From contig OX597826.1 of assembly GCA_951406725.2 (NCBI GenBank), forward strand, positions 11,594,001-11,658,000: DNA of 64,000 nt, in the 5' to 3' direction. The notes under the pieces are model-generated. The model was not told where the DNA came from. It ran no database searches and saw nothing but the letters and a program-made list of their open reading frames with translations. The translations under genes were made by a program, and so were the position numbers. The stretch is from Octopus vulgaris. Taxonomy: Eukaryota. Below are positions 25,186 to 38,288 of this stretch, piece by piece. Positions within the stretch are counted from its first letter, which is position 1; every line of letters begins with the position of its first letter.

Positions 25186-26582
25186 CTCGACGCCATGTTA
25201 ATTTACAAAATTTAAGTACTGAAGAATTCGCAGAAGGATTAATGAAGGAGTGATAGTAGTGAACTGTCTACCCCCGCTAGCTTTTCCCTATCCTTTCTCA
25301 AAAACGTTTCAGCATTAAATTCTTGTTCCCATTTACAGATTTCAGATGCGTGTTATCTCCTTTTAATCCCCATCGCCCCAGAAAAAATTCTCCTTGCCTT
25401 AAGTAGTGTTAATGTTTTTAATGCTAGGGTCAATGAGTTTGGAAAGGGATTTATATTGTCTTCTGTGAGCCTTATGTTTTTGCTTTGATTTATATTCCAG
25501 CATAGCGCCCTGATGAAAGACATAAACATTTCGCTTAAGGAAACTGCAAGAAGCCTTCGGCGTTGGTTGCAAACGATCGAATTAAAATTAACTACTTTCT
25601 ACTTTCCATTCAATCAATTTTGACCCTGATACATACATACATACATACACACACATACATACATGCATACATACATACATACATACATACATGCATACAT
25701 ACATACATATGTGTGTGTATGTATGGATGTTTGTATGTCTGTATATATGTGGATTTATATACATGTGTATACATACAATACACAATATAATTGCATACAC
25801 ACACACACATTAAAGTAAGAGAAAGAAAAAGCAACACATTTGACATCACTTGAAAAGGACATTTAATTTAGATAGAGGATATAAATATTGAGAGCCTCTT
25901 ACAACTATTTCTAGAATAACCAAGCATGTGGATCATGTGGATCTATAAGCTGGTTATACCGTCATCAGCGAGGTAGAAGTTAGAAAGATATAAAAATGAA
26001 GAAGTATCCCTAGTCGAGGATAATAGTTTATTTCAGGTTGTCGAAAATGAGGGAAGGATCAGAGTAAGATAGGTATAGAGTGATGTAGGTATACGTGCAT
26101 GATCGAATGAGTAATGCAATTTTAGGTAAGGTCCATTCGTAGTTTCGAATGAGAATGATTAGAAAAAGAAGTAGAAAGGGACGACGGAAGAATTTATATG
26201 AAAAGCACAACGGATGCAAATATGCTCAGCTCCTGATCGAATATCACAGTTTCTATACATTCCGACAATATTCAATTTGGTGGTGTCAGCAACGTAAGTT
26301 GATGAGGCATAGAAGAGTGGACAGACGAACTTATACATAATAGACGAACAAATACAAAGACAAATATTAAAAAGGGGACATGGATCGTAAGAGAGATAAT
26401 GTGTAGACTGGACTATACATAAATAAAGATGATTTATAAGGAAAATAGGAAGAAAAAATGAAACGAAAAACTTAGGAAAGAACAGTAACAGAAAAAAAAG
26501 AAGGCTCGAACGACACAAATAAGTATACTCATACAAAACTTGAGTGTGCTCCGTGTCTGGGATTAAGAAAGCGGGATGCTCT

Positions 26583-26964
26583 TACTCTCTCTTTTACTCT
26601 TTTACTTGTTTCAGCCATTTGACTGCGGCCATGCTGGAGCACCGCCTTTAGTCGAGGAAATCGATCCCGGGACTTATTCTTTCTAAGCCTAGTACTTATT
26701 CTATCGGTCTCTTTTGCCGAACCGCTGAGTTACGGGGACGTAAACACACGCGATGTTGGAGGAGGGGACAAACACACACACACACATATATATACATAAA
26801 CATATATACGACGGGCTTCTTTCAGTTTCCATCTACCAAATCCATTCACAAGGCTTGGTCGGCCCGAGGCTATAGTAGAAAACACTTGCCCAAGGTGCCA
26901 CGTAGTGGGACTGAACGAGGAACGATGTGGTTGGTAAGCAAGCTACTTACCACACAGTCACTCT
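26583..26964 (-). mobile_element. SINE family A, full length
   Basis: Reverse complement of the family A consensus. Confidence 0.9.
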
Positions 26965-27140
26965 TGAAGCACCTTTCATCGTAGCTTTGCTTGATCGGGT
27001 CTGACTTGGAGGTAATCTACTGCAACAACAGGTACACTTAATTCTGGTTTATTCAACGTAACACCAGCATTCCTATCCCAAGAGCTCAAAACCCAACAGT
27101 CGAAAAAATTTAAATGAAAACATAACGACAATTGTACAAC

Positions 27141-27245
<105 letters not shown>

Positions 27246-27509
27246 GCACACAAAGAATATGTTACATGTATATATACACGCATACACATATATACACGAT
27301 TCACACACAGACATCAGAAGAAAAAGAAACAGATACTAATATAGAAAGACTAACACAGACGCTGTCGCATACAGAACAACAGATGCAACTCTCACACATA
27401 CATAAACAGGCAAATACATATACAGACACAGGCGCGCACATAGACTTACCCATATAAAGATACATAGAACACACAGAGGCGTGCACACACATGCGCGCGC
27501 ACAAGCAAT

Positions 27510-27695
27510 TTCAAAAGCTGGAAAATTGTCATCATTAATTATAACGTTGAATATTTTAATTGTATTGGAAATGTTGTCCTGGATGTCATCAGGAATGCAA
27601 AAGATGCTTCCATTCTTCGCACTGCCAAAGAACATTTCAATAATTTAAGACAATTCTTACTTTCAACTGTTCCGAGTCAACGAGGGAAGCTCTTC
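27510..27695 (-). pseudogene. Possible decayed (proto)cadherin EC-domain fragment
   Basis: With frameshifts reads VDSEQL / KNCLKLLKCSLAVRRME / IKIFNVIINDDNFPAFE, resembling LDxExLC...C....VAVR...VxIxDxNDxxPxF. Confidence 0.35.
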
Positions 27696-28521
27696 GGGAG
27701 CGCTCGATCAATGTACTAAAAACAGCAGCCAAATCTCCCACGAGTTATAATATATTATTGTCTTTATAACCTGATGCACAAAATGGAAGGATGGTCATGA
27801 CTAGCACGCCTTTCATTATAGGTCTGCATGATCAAGGTTGAACTGGATTTCACAATAACGATTAGAATTGCAGGTGTTTAACTTCATTATTGTGATGCAT
27901 GGACCAAACACTCTATTAGCTACTGAACATACTCTAGTATATCTATAAATGTATATATTGGTATATGCAAAATAAATGTGTACATCTATTGAACACCCTT
28001 CTCTACACATGATGGTGGAACAACACGCACTATTGGATTTTGTCTTTGATAATAATTTCTCCCAAGAGAATTCGTGGTTTTTCAAAATGCATGCTCTAAA
28101 TGATGTCAGCAAACTATCAGACAGCGGTATTTCGGCTTAATTTCTCCTCTTCATTAAGATACACCACATTTGAAGCTGGAAAGGAATTTCTATTCTAATT
28201 TAACAATCTGAAAAGAATAAAAGTCTGTGCACACACAATAGCGAAGACAATGATAAAAATGTGTGAAACAATTTATAATGAAGAGATCTTATCGCTGACA
28301 AGTTGAAATTAATCCGTAATACAGGCGCGTGATAGTCTTTAGGAAAAAATATATTGTTCTCTGAGATAAAAGCTAACAACGAGTCCCTTCCCACATTCGT
28401 GTGTATACGGGTATGTTACAAATAGATATACACTCATAGTCATACATAGATATATGCACACTTAGATACCTACACACACACATATGACACTGTGTGTGTG
28501 TATGTGTATCTCTCTCTCTCT

Positions 28522-28554
<33 letters not shown>

Positions 28555-28710
28555 AAATAAATATAAGAGAGTGGTCACTATATTGCTCACTCTAGCACCA
28601 GTTAATCCAAAAGGTTTCAACCACGAAAATACATGTTTCCCATGAAAGCCAGTACGACTGTTAGCTCACACGGACAGGGCAAATAAAAAATAACAAAAAT
28701 ACAGATTATT

Positions 28711-28786
28711 TTGGGACAATTGTTTCGCTATTAATGAATTAAATGTAATATTACTTACAAAAATCCATTTGTAGCTCGTCAGCCAA
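28711..28786 (-). ncRNA. Type I hammerhead ribozyme, copy 1
   Basis: Minus strand TTGG-CTGACGA-GCTA...TAGC-GAAA-CAATTG-TC^CCAA: intact CUGANGA/GAAA core, stems I and II paired, palindromic stem III, GUC cleavage triplet. Confidence 0.88.
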
Positions 28787-29243
28787 GACTATCTGGATGA
28801 AATCCACTCAATCACACGCCAGATTTTACCATAACGATAAATACGCGTGTGGTTCAATTGATTACATCCGACGTTATAATTCAAATGCCCCAACCAACAG
28901 CGCGCCAAACTCTCACGGAAAACAAATACAGCATTTAGAAATAAATGCAGCATAATTATAATTAATTAATAAGGGTGAGAGAATTAGATACTAATTTAAT
29001 AGTATATTTATTCCACACCAAGTGGCCTAGTGCTACGAGAAACCTGGATTATTATAATATTTTATAACATATTATAATATTTTTACAAAATAAATATAAG
29101 AGAGTGGTCACTATATTGCTCACTCTAGCACCAGTTAATCCAAAAGGTTTCAACCACGAAAATACATGTTTCCCATGAAAGCCAGTACGACTGTTAGCTC
29201 ACACGGACAGGGCAAATAAAAAATAACAAAAATACAGATTATT

Positions 29244-29319
29244 TTGGGACAATTGTTTCGCTATTAATGAATTAAATGTAATATTACTTACAAAAATCCA
29301 TTTGTAGCTCGTCAGCCAA
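29244..29319 (-). ncRNA. Type I hammerhead ribozyme, copy 2
   Basis: Identical to copy 1, 533 bp away. Confidence 0.88.
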
Positions 29320-29842
29320 GACTATCTGGATGAAATCCACTCAATCACACGCCAGATTTTACCATAACGATAAATACGCGTGTGGTTCAATTGATTACAT
29401 CCGACGTTATAATTCAAATGCCCCAACCAACAGCGCGCCAAACTCTCACGGAAAACAAATACAGCATTTAGAAATAAATGCAGCATAATTATAATTAATT
29501 AATAAGGGTGAGAGAATTAGATACTAATTTAATAGTATATTTATTCCACACCAAGTGGCCTAGTGCTACGAGAAACCTGGATTATTATAATATTTTATAA
29601 CATATTATAATATTTTTACAAAATAAATATAAGAGAGTGGTCACTATATTGCTCACTCTAGCACCAGTTAATCCAAAACTGCATTTATTTCTAAATGCTG
29701 TATTTGTTTTCCGTGAGAGTTTGGCGCGCTGTTGGTTGGGGCATTTGAATTATAACGTCGGATGTAATCAATTGAACCACACGCGTATTTATCGTTATGG
29801 TAAAATCTGGCGTGTGATTGAGTGGATTTCATCCAGATAGTC

Positions 29843-29918
29843 TTGGCTGACGAGCTACAAATGGATTTTTGTAAGTAATATTACATTTAATTCATTAATA
29901 GCGAAACAATTGTCCCAA
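29843..29918 (+). ncRNA. Type I hammerhead ribozyme, copy 3 (in the inverted unit)
   Basis: TTGG 29843-46, CTGACGA 29847-53, GCTA/TAGC stem II, GAAA 29903-06, CAATTG, TC 29913-14, CCAA 29915-18. Confidence 0.88.
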
Positions 29919-30196
29919 AATAATCTGTATTTTTGTTATTTTTTATTTGCCCTGTCCGTGTGAGCTAACAGTCGTACTGGCTTTCATGGGAAACATGTAT
30001 TTTCGTGGTTGAAACCTTTTGGATTAACTGGTGCTAGAGTGAGCAATATAGTGACCAATCTCTTATATTTATTTTGTAAAAATATTATAATATGTTATAA
30101 AATATTATAATAATCCAGGTTTCTCGTAGCACTAGGCCACTTGGTGTGGAATAAATATACTATTAAATTAGTATCTAATTCTCTCACCCTTATTAA

Positions 30197-30232
<36 letters not shown>

Positions 30233-30269
30233 ATATGTATAAATATATATATATATATAAATGGATATG

Positions 30270-30331
<62 letters not shown>

Positions 30332-31587
30332 TGTATATAATATATATTATGTAGATAGGGTAAAATTCAAGCTGTGTCCCCTTGAAAGATGATTCCTATT
30401 AGCAAATGAAGCATATGTAATGGTGAATAAATAATACCAAAACTTCTTCAGCTTCCTCTTTTGCCATGCTATACACACACACACACACACAGATGCTTAT
30501 ATACATACATGCATACATACATACATAAATATGTGTGTGTTTATATATGTGTAAGGTGTAATTGTTAAAAATGATAAATCAGTTCGAATAAAGAGACATT
30601 TAATGAAACATTTTAATTCCGAATCGCCACACTGTAAAAACATCATCTTTGTTTGCTCCACAACCAATAAACTTAGGTAGTTAGCCAGATTTTTTCATGG
30701 CATATTAAAATCGATATCCGTTTAAAAGATATAAAGTAATTTAATATAAGTAGAAAAACCCCGTCACATTGTTATGGATGGGTAAGTTAACTAAATCGTG
30801 TCTATTTTTGATGATTATGAAAGAATAAAAGATTGAATCGACATTGGTGAGGTTCTTATGCAGAAAGGACCTAACCAAATGTTGCTGGTTGCTCTAAATA
30901 TCATTTTTGTTGTTCGTATATTGGAAAATATACCAACTATTTAATTGATTTTCCGCAGGCACCAGGTCGCAGAAGTACTACAAAACACTTCATATAAGAC
31001 TATTGTTCTTTGAGTTAAAACAAAAAAAAATTTACATTGGTTGAAGGCCGCCTGCGATATATTCAGCCAAATTGCTTAGCTAAATAATTCGCAAGAAGCA
31101 AAAACTGGAGTCCAAGCCAAATCCCATATTTATGATAAATCTGACTCTACTGCAAGTACTGAACCCCTTATTTAACCGTTCTTTACCCCTTTATATTTTA
31201 GCTTTAAGATTAATATGTATGCATGTTTTCAGCCATTTAAATTCTTCTTCTGAAGATACAAAGCTCCATTTTTGGAATATAGGTAACGAAAACAATGTTA
31301 CATCGTGAACCTGACAAATGTCTTGCATAGTTTTTACTGTTCCGCTTACTGGTCGTATTTGTAATATGCAAATCAGCTGGTTGATTTATTTTTCTGAAAA
31401 TGCTACCTTATACCTGTATGTATGTATGATTGTATGTATATATATGTATGCATATATGAATGTATGTATGTATGATTGTATGTATATATGTATGCATGTA
31501 TGAATGTATGTATGTATGTATGTATGTATGTAGATATGTATGTATATATGTATGTATGTATATATGTATGTATACATGTGTGTATAT

Positions 31588-32143
31588 GTCAGGTCACTTT
31601 CGTGTGCTACTGGTAACATGTAGCCCAGTACAACCTGTTGCATGGTCGGGTCGTCGGCGACTAAACCGCCAACCCCGCCAAGCTTGCTTGGTGAGGAGGG
31701 TGTTTATTGGATACCCTGCGGGATGAAAAACAAAACCCGTCAAAGTGCGGAGGAACTCTTGAGAGTCAACGGCCATCCAAAATATGTCTTAAGGCTGTCT
31801 CATGCGCGGGGACATAGAAATAATCGGACTGAATACCCGATCGCGTAGTCAAACCATTGGGAGTGAAGGACACCTGGCCTTTGTTAGGGCATCCTTCTAG
31901 GAAAAGGTAACTCAGGTAACTGGGATAACTCCAACATAAAACCTGCAGCTCAGTGGTTACCGATGATGTTGACTTGTTCTTCTTTTCGGATTATGGCTGC
32001 TGTTGCTTAGTGAGTGGGATTGACTCAGTGCACAGCCTTTCCTCACTTTAAAAAAATCTTCTTGCACAGGCATTGCACGATAACAACATTGATTAAGCTT
32101 CGCGCAATGGCCATACTCGATAACAAGGGGGCAGCCACCATAC
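31588..32143 (+). mobile_element. ~555-bp GC-richer non-coding insert resembling an RTE-clade LINE 5'UTR-derived non-autonomous element
   Basis: Sharp boundaries within (TATG)n; GGGCATCCTTCTAGGAAAAGGTAACTC (31887-31913) resembles the GGGCAACCAGTCTAGGAGAAGGAAAACTC motif of RTE 5' regions; no ORF. Confidence 0.5.
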
Positions 32144-32529
32144 ATGTGTGTATATATGAATATGTATGTGTGTGTGTGTTTGTGTGTGTATGCATGTGTA
32201 TGTATGTTTTGTTTGTGTGTGAAGGAGTGTGACTTAGTGCTTAGGGTGTTCGGCTCACGATTTTAAATCACGGTGGAGCTTCTGTGATTAGTACCTAGTG
32301 AGAGGATGAAGTGAGATGATCAGTAAACGCGTGAAACCACAGGTTTTACATAAAAGTGTCCCTCTCTCAGAAGGATACTGTGACAGCAACTAAGGGTCCA
32401 TCATTCTGGATGGTTTTACAACTGTTGGATGGCCGTTGAACAAACACACACACACACACACACACATGTAAATGTCGAATGATGAGAATGAGCGCTCAAC
32501 ATCGCATTGGTGGAGAGAAAGTTTTTATT

Positions 32530-32858
<329 letters not shown>

Positions 32859-34654
32859 CATATGTACACACGCATGCGTGGTGGAGGCATGTAAACAGAG
32901 AAGAATAGAGATAGGCGAATGGGAAGAATTATAAAAGCCTTCTTATCCCCCTCCTCCTTATATTCCTCCTCCTCTTCTTCTTCTTCTTCTCCTCCTTCTT
33001 CTTCCTCTTCTTCTTCTTCCCCTTCTCCTTCTCCTTCATCTTCTTCTTCTTCTTCTTCTTCTTCTTCTTCTTCTTCTTCTTCTTCTTCGCCTCTTTTGTT
33101 CTATCCTTCAGTTTCTGTTTTTCTTTCCTTCCCTCGACTCCCAATATTTATCTCCTTATTCCTACACAAATACACTATTCCACTATTTTACTAAACTCTC
33201 TTTTGCTATAAGCTACACAAACGAACAATCTTCTTTCTTTCTTCCTGTCTTTCAATTCTCTCTCACTATCTCTACCTCTCCTTCGTCCTTTCACCCCACT
33301 CCTTCTCACTTCATCTCTACCTTCCTCTTGATTTCCTTCTCTTTCTTTTTCACTCTCTCCACTCTTTCTCCTTGTGTGTCCCTCCTTCATTTTCCTTTCC
33401 CTCTCATCTCCCATCAGTCTATATTTCCCTCATTCTCCATCTCTCTCTCTATCTCTCTCATTCTCTCTCTCTCTCTCTCTCACTCACACACGTTCTCAGT
33501 CGCTCTTTATCCCTTATCTATTTCACTCTTTCACCAAGCCTCCTTTATCCTTCACGTCTCTTTCCTTTATCTCTCACTACCATTCCTTCCCTTACTCTCT
33601 CCCGCTTTTTAAAATTCAGTCTGACATTATCTCTCTCTCCCTCTCTGTCCCTGATTTTCTCTCTCATTGCTCCGTCATCCATTATTCCCTCCCCACATAT
33701 CTCCTACCTCCACTCACTATGCTATATACAAAATGAAATCTCGCATAAAGACTGTTTTATAGTTTCCACTAACATCTGTGTCCCTGTAGTAATCGATGAT
33801 TTATATTGCAATTAAAACTATTTCTCCCTATCAATAGCTTTATTATTACGCGTTGTTTATTGTTGAAAGATTGAAGGAGAGTAATTGTTTCTTTTCTATA
33901 TGCCTTATCGTTTTGCTATTACATTCGCCTCCTCTCACACTCCGAGCTTTCTCCTTTCATTCTCCCCTTCTCTCCTTCTCTCCTTCTCTCCCCCCGCTCG
34001 CTTCCTCTCTAAATCGTAGTACATCGCATTCCAGATTTCATCTAATTCTTATGAAATGATTTGGTGTCAGGTGTTAAAGATTTCATTACCTAAAATATAA
34101 GCATTTCACTTTCATTTATTGTTCGTAAATCAATATTTGACGAAACAACAACAACAACAACAACAACTGTATATATTATAGCTATTACCGTTGTTGTTGT
34201 GGTGGTGGTGGTGGCAGCGGTGGTGGTGGTGGTGGTGATGGCGGTGATGTTTTTGGTGACAGTGGTTTAGTGTGAATGGAGAACGGACGTTTTTTACAGA
34301 CCGCTCCGAGAAAATTGGATTAGTACCAAGTTTTGCGAAGCGAAGTTTGTTTTGTTTTTGGATTATTTTGCAGACGGTTGACTTTGAAACGGGTAACGCT
34401 CTATATCAATACCCGTGGTAAACAAAGCTAATTTGAAGAAAATGACATTCTGTTTATGTATAAACCAACGTAGTTTCTTATACTGGAGGTGCAAGAAGAG
34501 AAGAATACAGCAAAGACGTTTCTACAGGAAACATCTCAAAGACGAAATAAGTTCTGAATGCACGAAAACTAATTGAAAAGTGGGCAAGAGACTTCAAAAG
34601 CGATAACAAAAATACATTAGAATGACAAAAATATATACACTTAGAAATATTAGT

Positions 34655-35047
34655 TTCAGATTTTGGAACAAGATCGGGAATTTCGGGTGAGGCAGCAAGT
34701 CGATTACATCGACCCCATTACTCAGATGGAATTTATTTTATCGGGCCCGAAAGAATGAAAGACAAAGTCGATCTCGGCGGAATTTGAACGCAGAATGTAA
34801 AGACGGACGAAATGCCTATTTCTTTACATACACAAGGGGCTAAACACAGAGAGGACAAACAAGGACAGACAAACGGATTGAGTCGATTATATCGACCCCA
34901 GTGCGTATCTGGTATTTATTTAATCGACCCCGAAAGGATGAAAGGCAAAGTCGACGTCGGCGGAATTTGAACTCAGAACGTAGCAACAGACGAAATACCG
35001 CTAAGCATTTCACTCGGCGTGCTAACGATTCTGCCAGCTGGCCGCCT
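34655..35047 (-). mobile_element. SINE family B, two-unit copy
   Basis: Reverse complement head at ~35020-35047 plus a duplicated body. Confidence 0.88.
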
Positions 35048-35426
35048 TTGCACTTTACAAATATTGTCGTAATTTCACAAGCGAAACGAAAGTATTCGCG
35101 TCGTAGATATAAGTATTAATAACGGCAATATGAATGCATGTGTGTGCAATTTAAATAAAAGTAATAACAATTCCTTTTCTCGTATTGCAAGCCCAAGAGA
35201 AGTTTTAAAAATGGGGGGAATCCACTGAAAAAAAAGTTGAGGTGTATTTATGAAGACAATATGTTGTCTTGCTTGAGAAGTAACTTTTTGAATTTTGGTG
35301 TTTACTCTGATAGCTTCTTGGGAAGAAGTAAACAAACCAACGCAGGTTGTGAATCGGTGCGTGGAGGAGAAGACAAGCACAAAGACACACACACATTCAT
35401 AAACACACACTTTCTCTCCCTTTCTC

Positions 35427-35489
<63 letters not shown>

Positions 35490-35674
35490 ACAAATTTTCA
35501 CGCCATTTCTGTTTATCAAGCCCACTTATAAGTCATTGGCCAGCGCCCAGTGCTTTAGTAAAAGACACTTGTCCAAGGTGCCGCGATGTGGAACCAAACT
35601 TCAAACGACATGGTGAAGTGAACTTATTTACCACAGACCTGCTTGTTCTATAAAAATATTACATATTCTGAACT

Positions 35675-35827
35675 TACTCTTTTACTCTTTTACTTGTTTC
35701 AGTCATTTGATTGTGGCTATGCTGGAGCATCGCCTTTAGTCGAGCAAATCGACCCCAGGTCTTATTCTTTGTAAGCCTAGTGCTTATTCTATCGGTCTCT
35801 TTTGCCGAACCGCTAAGTTACGGGGAC
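35675..35827 (-). mobile_element. SINE family A, 3' half
   Basis: TACTCTTTTACTTGTTTCAGTC...CCGCTAAGTTACGGGGAC. Confidence 0.88.
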
Positions 35828-35829
35828 TC

Positions 35830-37880
35830 CGATATATTTTACCCGCACTTCCATAGACTTCCGTAATTCAATGGCTCGGTCCTGGGACTATGCTATATAT
35901 TCTATACATCTCATATTGATTTCTTCTTCCTTTGGAACTGTAAAGTCAATTATCTGGCACTTATTATTCCCTTTATCCACTACTACTAAATCAGGCCTTC
36001 TAGCTTTTATTACTCTGTCAGTCTGAATGTTGAAGTCCCACAACATCTTGTATTTCTTACTTTCTAATACTTTACTAGGTTTATGTTCATACCATTTATC
36101 AGTATGTTCAAATCCTAGCTTTCTACATAACTCCCAGTGAATTACTCTCCCTAGGTTGTCATGTCTTTTCTTATATTCTTTCTGTGTCAGCATCCTACAT
36201 TTACTTACTATGTGAGGAACGCTTTCCTCTTTTGATTTGCAAAACCTACATTGGGAATCTACTTGCTTTTTGTATATCTTGGTTTTTATCCAATTAGTCT
36301 TTAATGTTTGATCTTATGCAGCTACTAACAAACTTTCTATCTCCCTTTTCAGCTTTCCTTTCTACAACCATAACTATGGCTCACTACTACTATTTGCTGT
36401 AACTATCTTCGGGAATATACCACCCAATATCTTCTCCTGCCAGTCAGGTAATTTCTGTTCTTTTTTCCTGGTTTTTAAGTTTGTTTTGATTTTTGGTTTC
36501 CCTATATCTTGCTGTGACTCTAGCAGCTTTTAATAAACTTTCTTCACTATTACCAACATAGGTGTCTATATCTATTCTAGCTAACTCCATGCAGTCTTCT
36601 ACTGATATTAACCCTCTTCCTTCTTCCTTTCTAGGTAATTATAATCCTGCCCTTGGGCGGAGTTCTCCATTCGTTTTTAATTCCTTCCTAGTTCTTCTGT
36701 TTAGCTTTGCTAATTAAGTTTCTGTCCAATCTACAAAAGCTGTTGAGTATCTAAGTAATGATACTGCCCAAGTATTTACAGTCTTCACCAGATTCAGACC
36801 ATTTGGTTTTGACATCATTAGCTTCCTCACCCTTCTGATGTACTCCTTCTCAATTTTCGTTTTCATTTCTATAGTTAGTACCCTGCCAGATTCTAATACT
36901 CCAAGATGCTTATAACTCTCTTCTCCTTTCAATGATTTTAATATCTGACCATCTGGTAATTGGATGTCTTCACTGTTAACTACTTGTCCCCTTTTCTTGA
37001 CTAATATTGCACACTTATCCATGCCAAATTCCATGCCTATATCTTTGCCGAAGAGTCTTACAGTCTGTATTACGGAATCTATCTCTTTTTCATTCTTACA
37101 AAAAAAGCTTCAGATCATCCATGTAGCAGGAATGGTTAATTTTTCTCTTAACTATTTCCGAAATGACACCCTGCTTTTGCCTTCCTTAATATTAAACTGA
37201 AGGGGGATCAAACATAAACAAATATTAAAGGGCTCAACGAGTCCTCCTGGAAAATTCCTCTTTTGAAATTAACTTTCCTTGAGAGGTGTCACCCGAGTAG
37301 AAATCTACTTTCCATTTCTTCATGCTAAAGGTAATTAATTCTCTTATGAGGTCGGCTATACTGAATATATTCAAGCATTTACTTATCCATGAGTGTGGAA
37401 TCATGTCACAGGCTTTCCTATAATCTATCTATGCTATTGTTAGAGTTTTCTTTCTAGATTTTACTTCATTTGAACTGCTTTGTCTATGTATAATAGATAA
37501 TGCATTCCTCTAGCCTTCTTCCTGCAACCTTTTTGTTCTTCTGGTAGCAAATTCTGGTTGTCGTAAATGCTTTCTGAAAGTATTCCTGTTAACAACTTCC
37601 ACACTAATGGTAAGCAAGTGATTGCTCTTATCTTTCATAATGAGTATTGTCCTCCCTCTAGTCATACAATCTGGTATTATTTCGCCATTAAGGTAATCCT
37701 GAAGTTGTTCCCTCAGCCTCTCATGTAGACTACTGAATTTTTTTAGCCAGTACCCTTGAACTAAATCTGGTCCTAAGTCCTTCCAATTCGGCATTTTTTC
37801 TAACACTCTCTTCATTAATGCCCTAGCGAATCTTAGATCTGGCTGCTTCTCACTCACTATCTTCCCTAACATTCTTTTAA
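35830..37880 (-). mobile_element. Degenerate R4/Dong-clade non-LTR retrotransposon (RT + CCHC + restriction-like endonuclease)
   Basis: GPDLVQGYWLK, GIFQEDSLSPLIF, YMDDLK, MEFGMDKCA, CRFC....E...H....C, RHDNLGRVIHWELC, LWDFNIQTD..IKARRPDLVVVDK....IIDFTVP; multiple stops and frameshifts. Confidence 0.92.
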
Positions 37881-38074
37881 CCCCAGGAAGATGTGGGATT
37901 AAAATTTCAGCATCATCGTCTCCTATGTTAAAGAGAGGATACACACTACATTTTGGTTCGTATATTGCTTGTATCTAGAACAGAAATTTTCTAACGGACT
38001 TGTTTCCTAGAAAAAAAAATGATTCTTTTGAAAATTCTTATTTCAATGATGAATTATGGGTAAGAGTAAATATA

Positions 38075-38288
38075 CCTTTCTACTATAGGCACAAGGCCTG
38101 AAATTTGGGGGAGGAGAATAGTCGATTACATCGACCCCAGTACTCAACTGGTACTTAATTTATCGACCCCGAAAGGAGTTTAAAGGCAAAGACGTCCTCG
38201 GCGGAATCCGAAATCTGAACGTAAAGACAGACGAAATGCTTCTAAGCATCTTGTCCGGCGCACTAATGATTCTGCCAGCTCGCCGCCT
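38075..38288 (-). mobile_element. SINE family B variant (AGGCCTTGTGCCTATAGTAGAAAGG tail)
   Basis: Reverse complement head GGCGGCGAGCTGGCAGAATC and conserved body. Confidence 0.85.

Larger units (their letters stand above)
28554..30205. mobile_element. Non-coding hammerhead-bearing element (retrozyme / Penelope pseudo-LTR-like): 2 tandem 533-bp units + partial unit + inverted unit, inserted in (TA)n
   Basis: GAGAGTGGTCACTATATTGC recurs at 28567, 29100 and 29633 (period 533); from 29679 the sequence is the reverse complement of ~28957-29483; (TA)n on both flanks. Confidence 0.92.

Noticed and set aside
25508-25560. CTGATGA...GAAAC as a hammerhead
   Set aside because: Stems I-III cannot be paired
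26000-26150. LPKI-containing Penelope RT relic on the minus strand
   Set aside because: Only a four-residue match plus vague similarity
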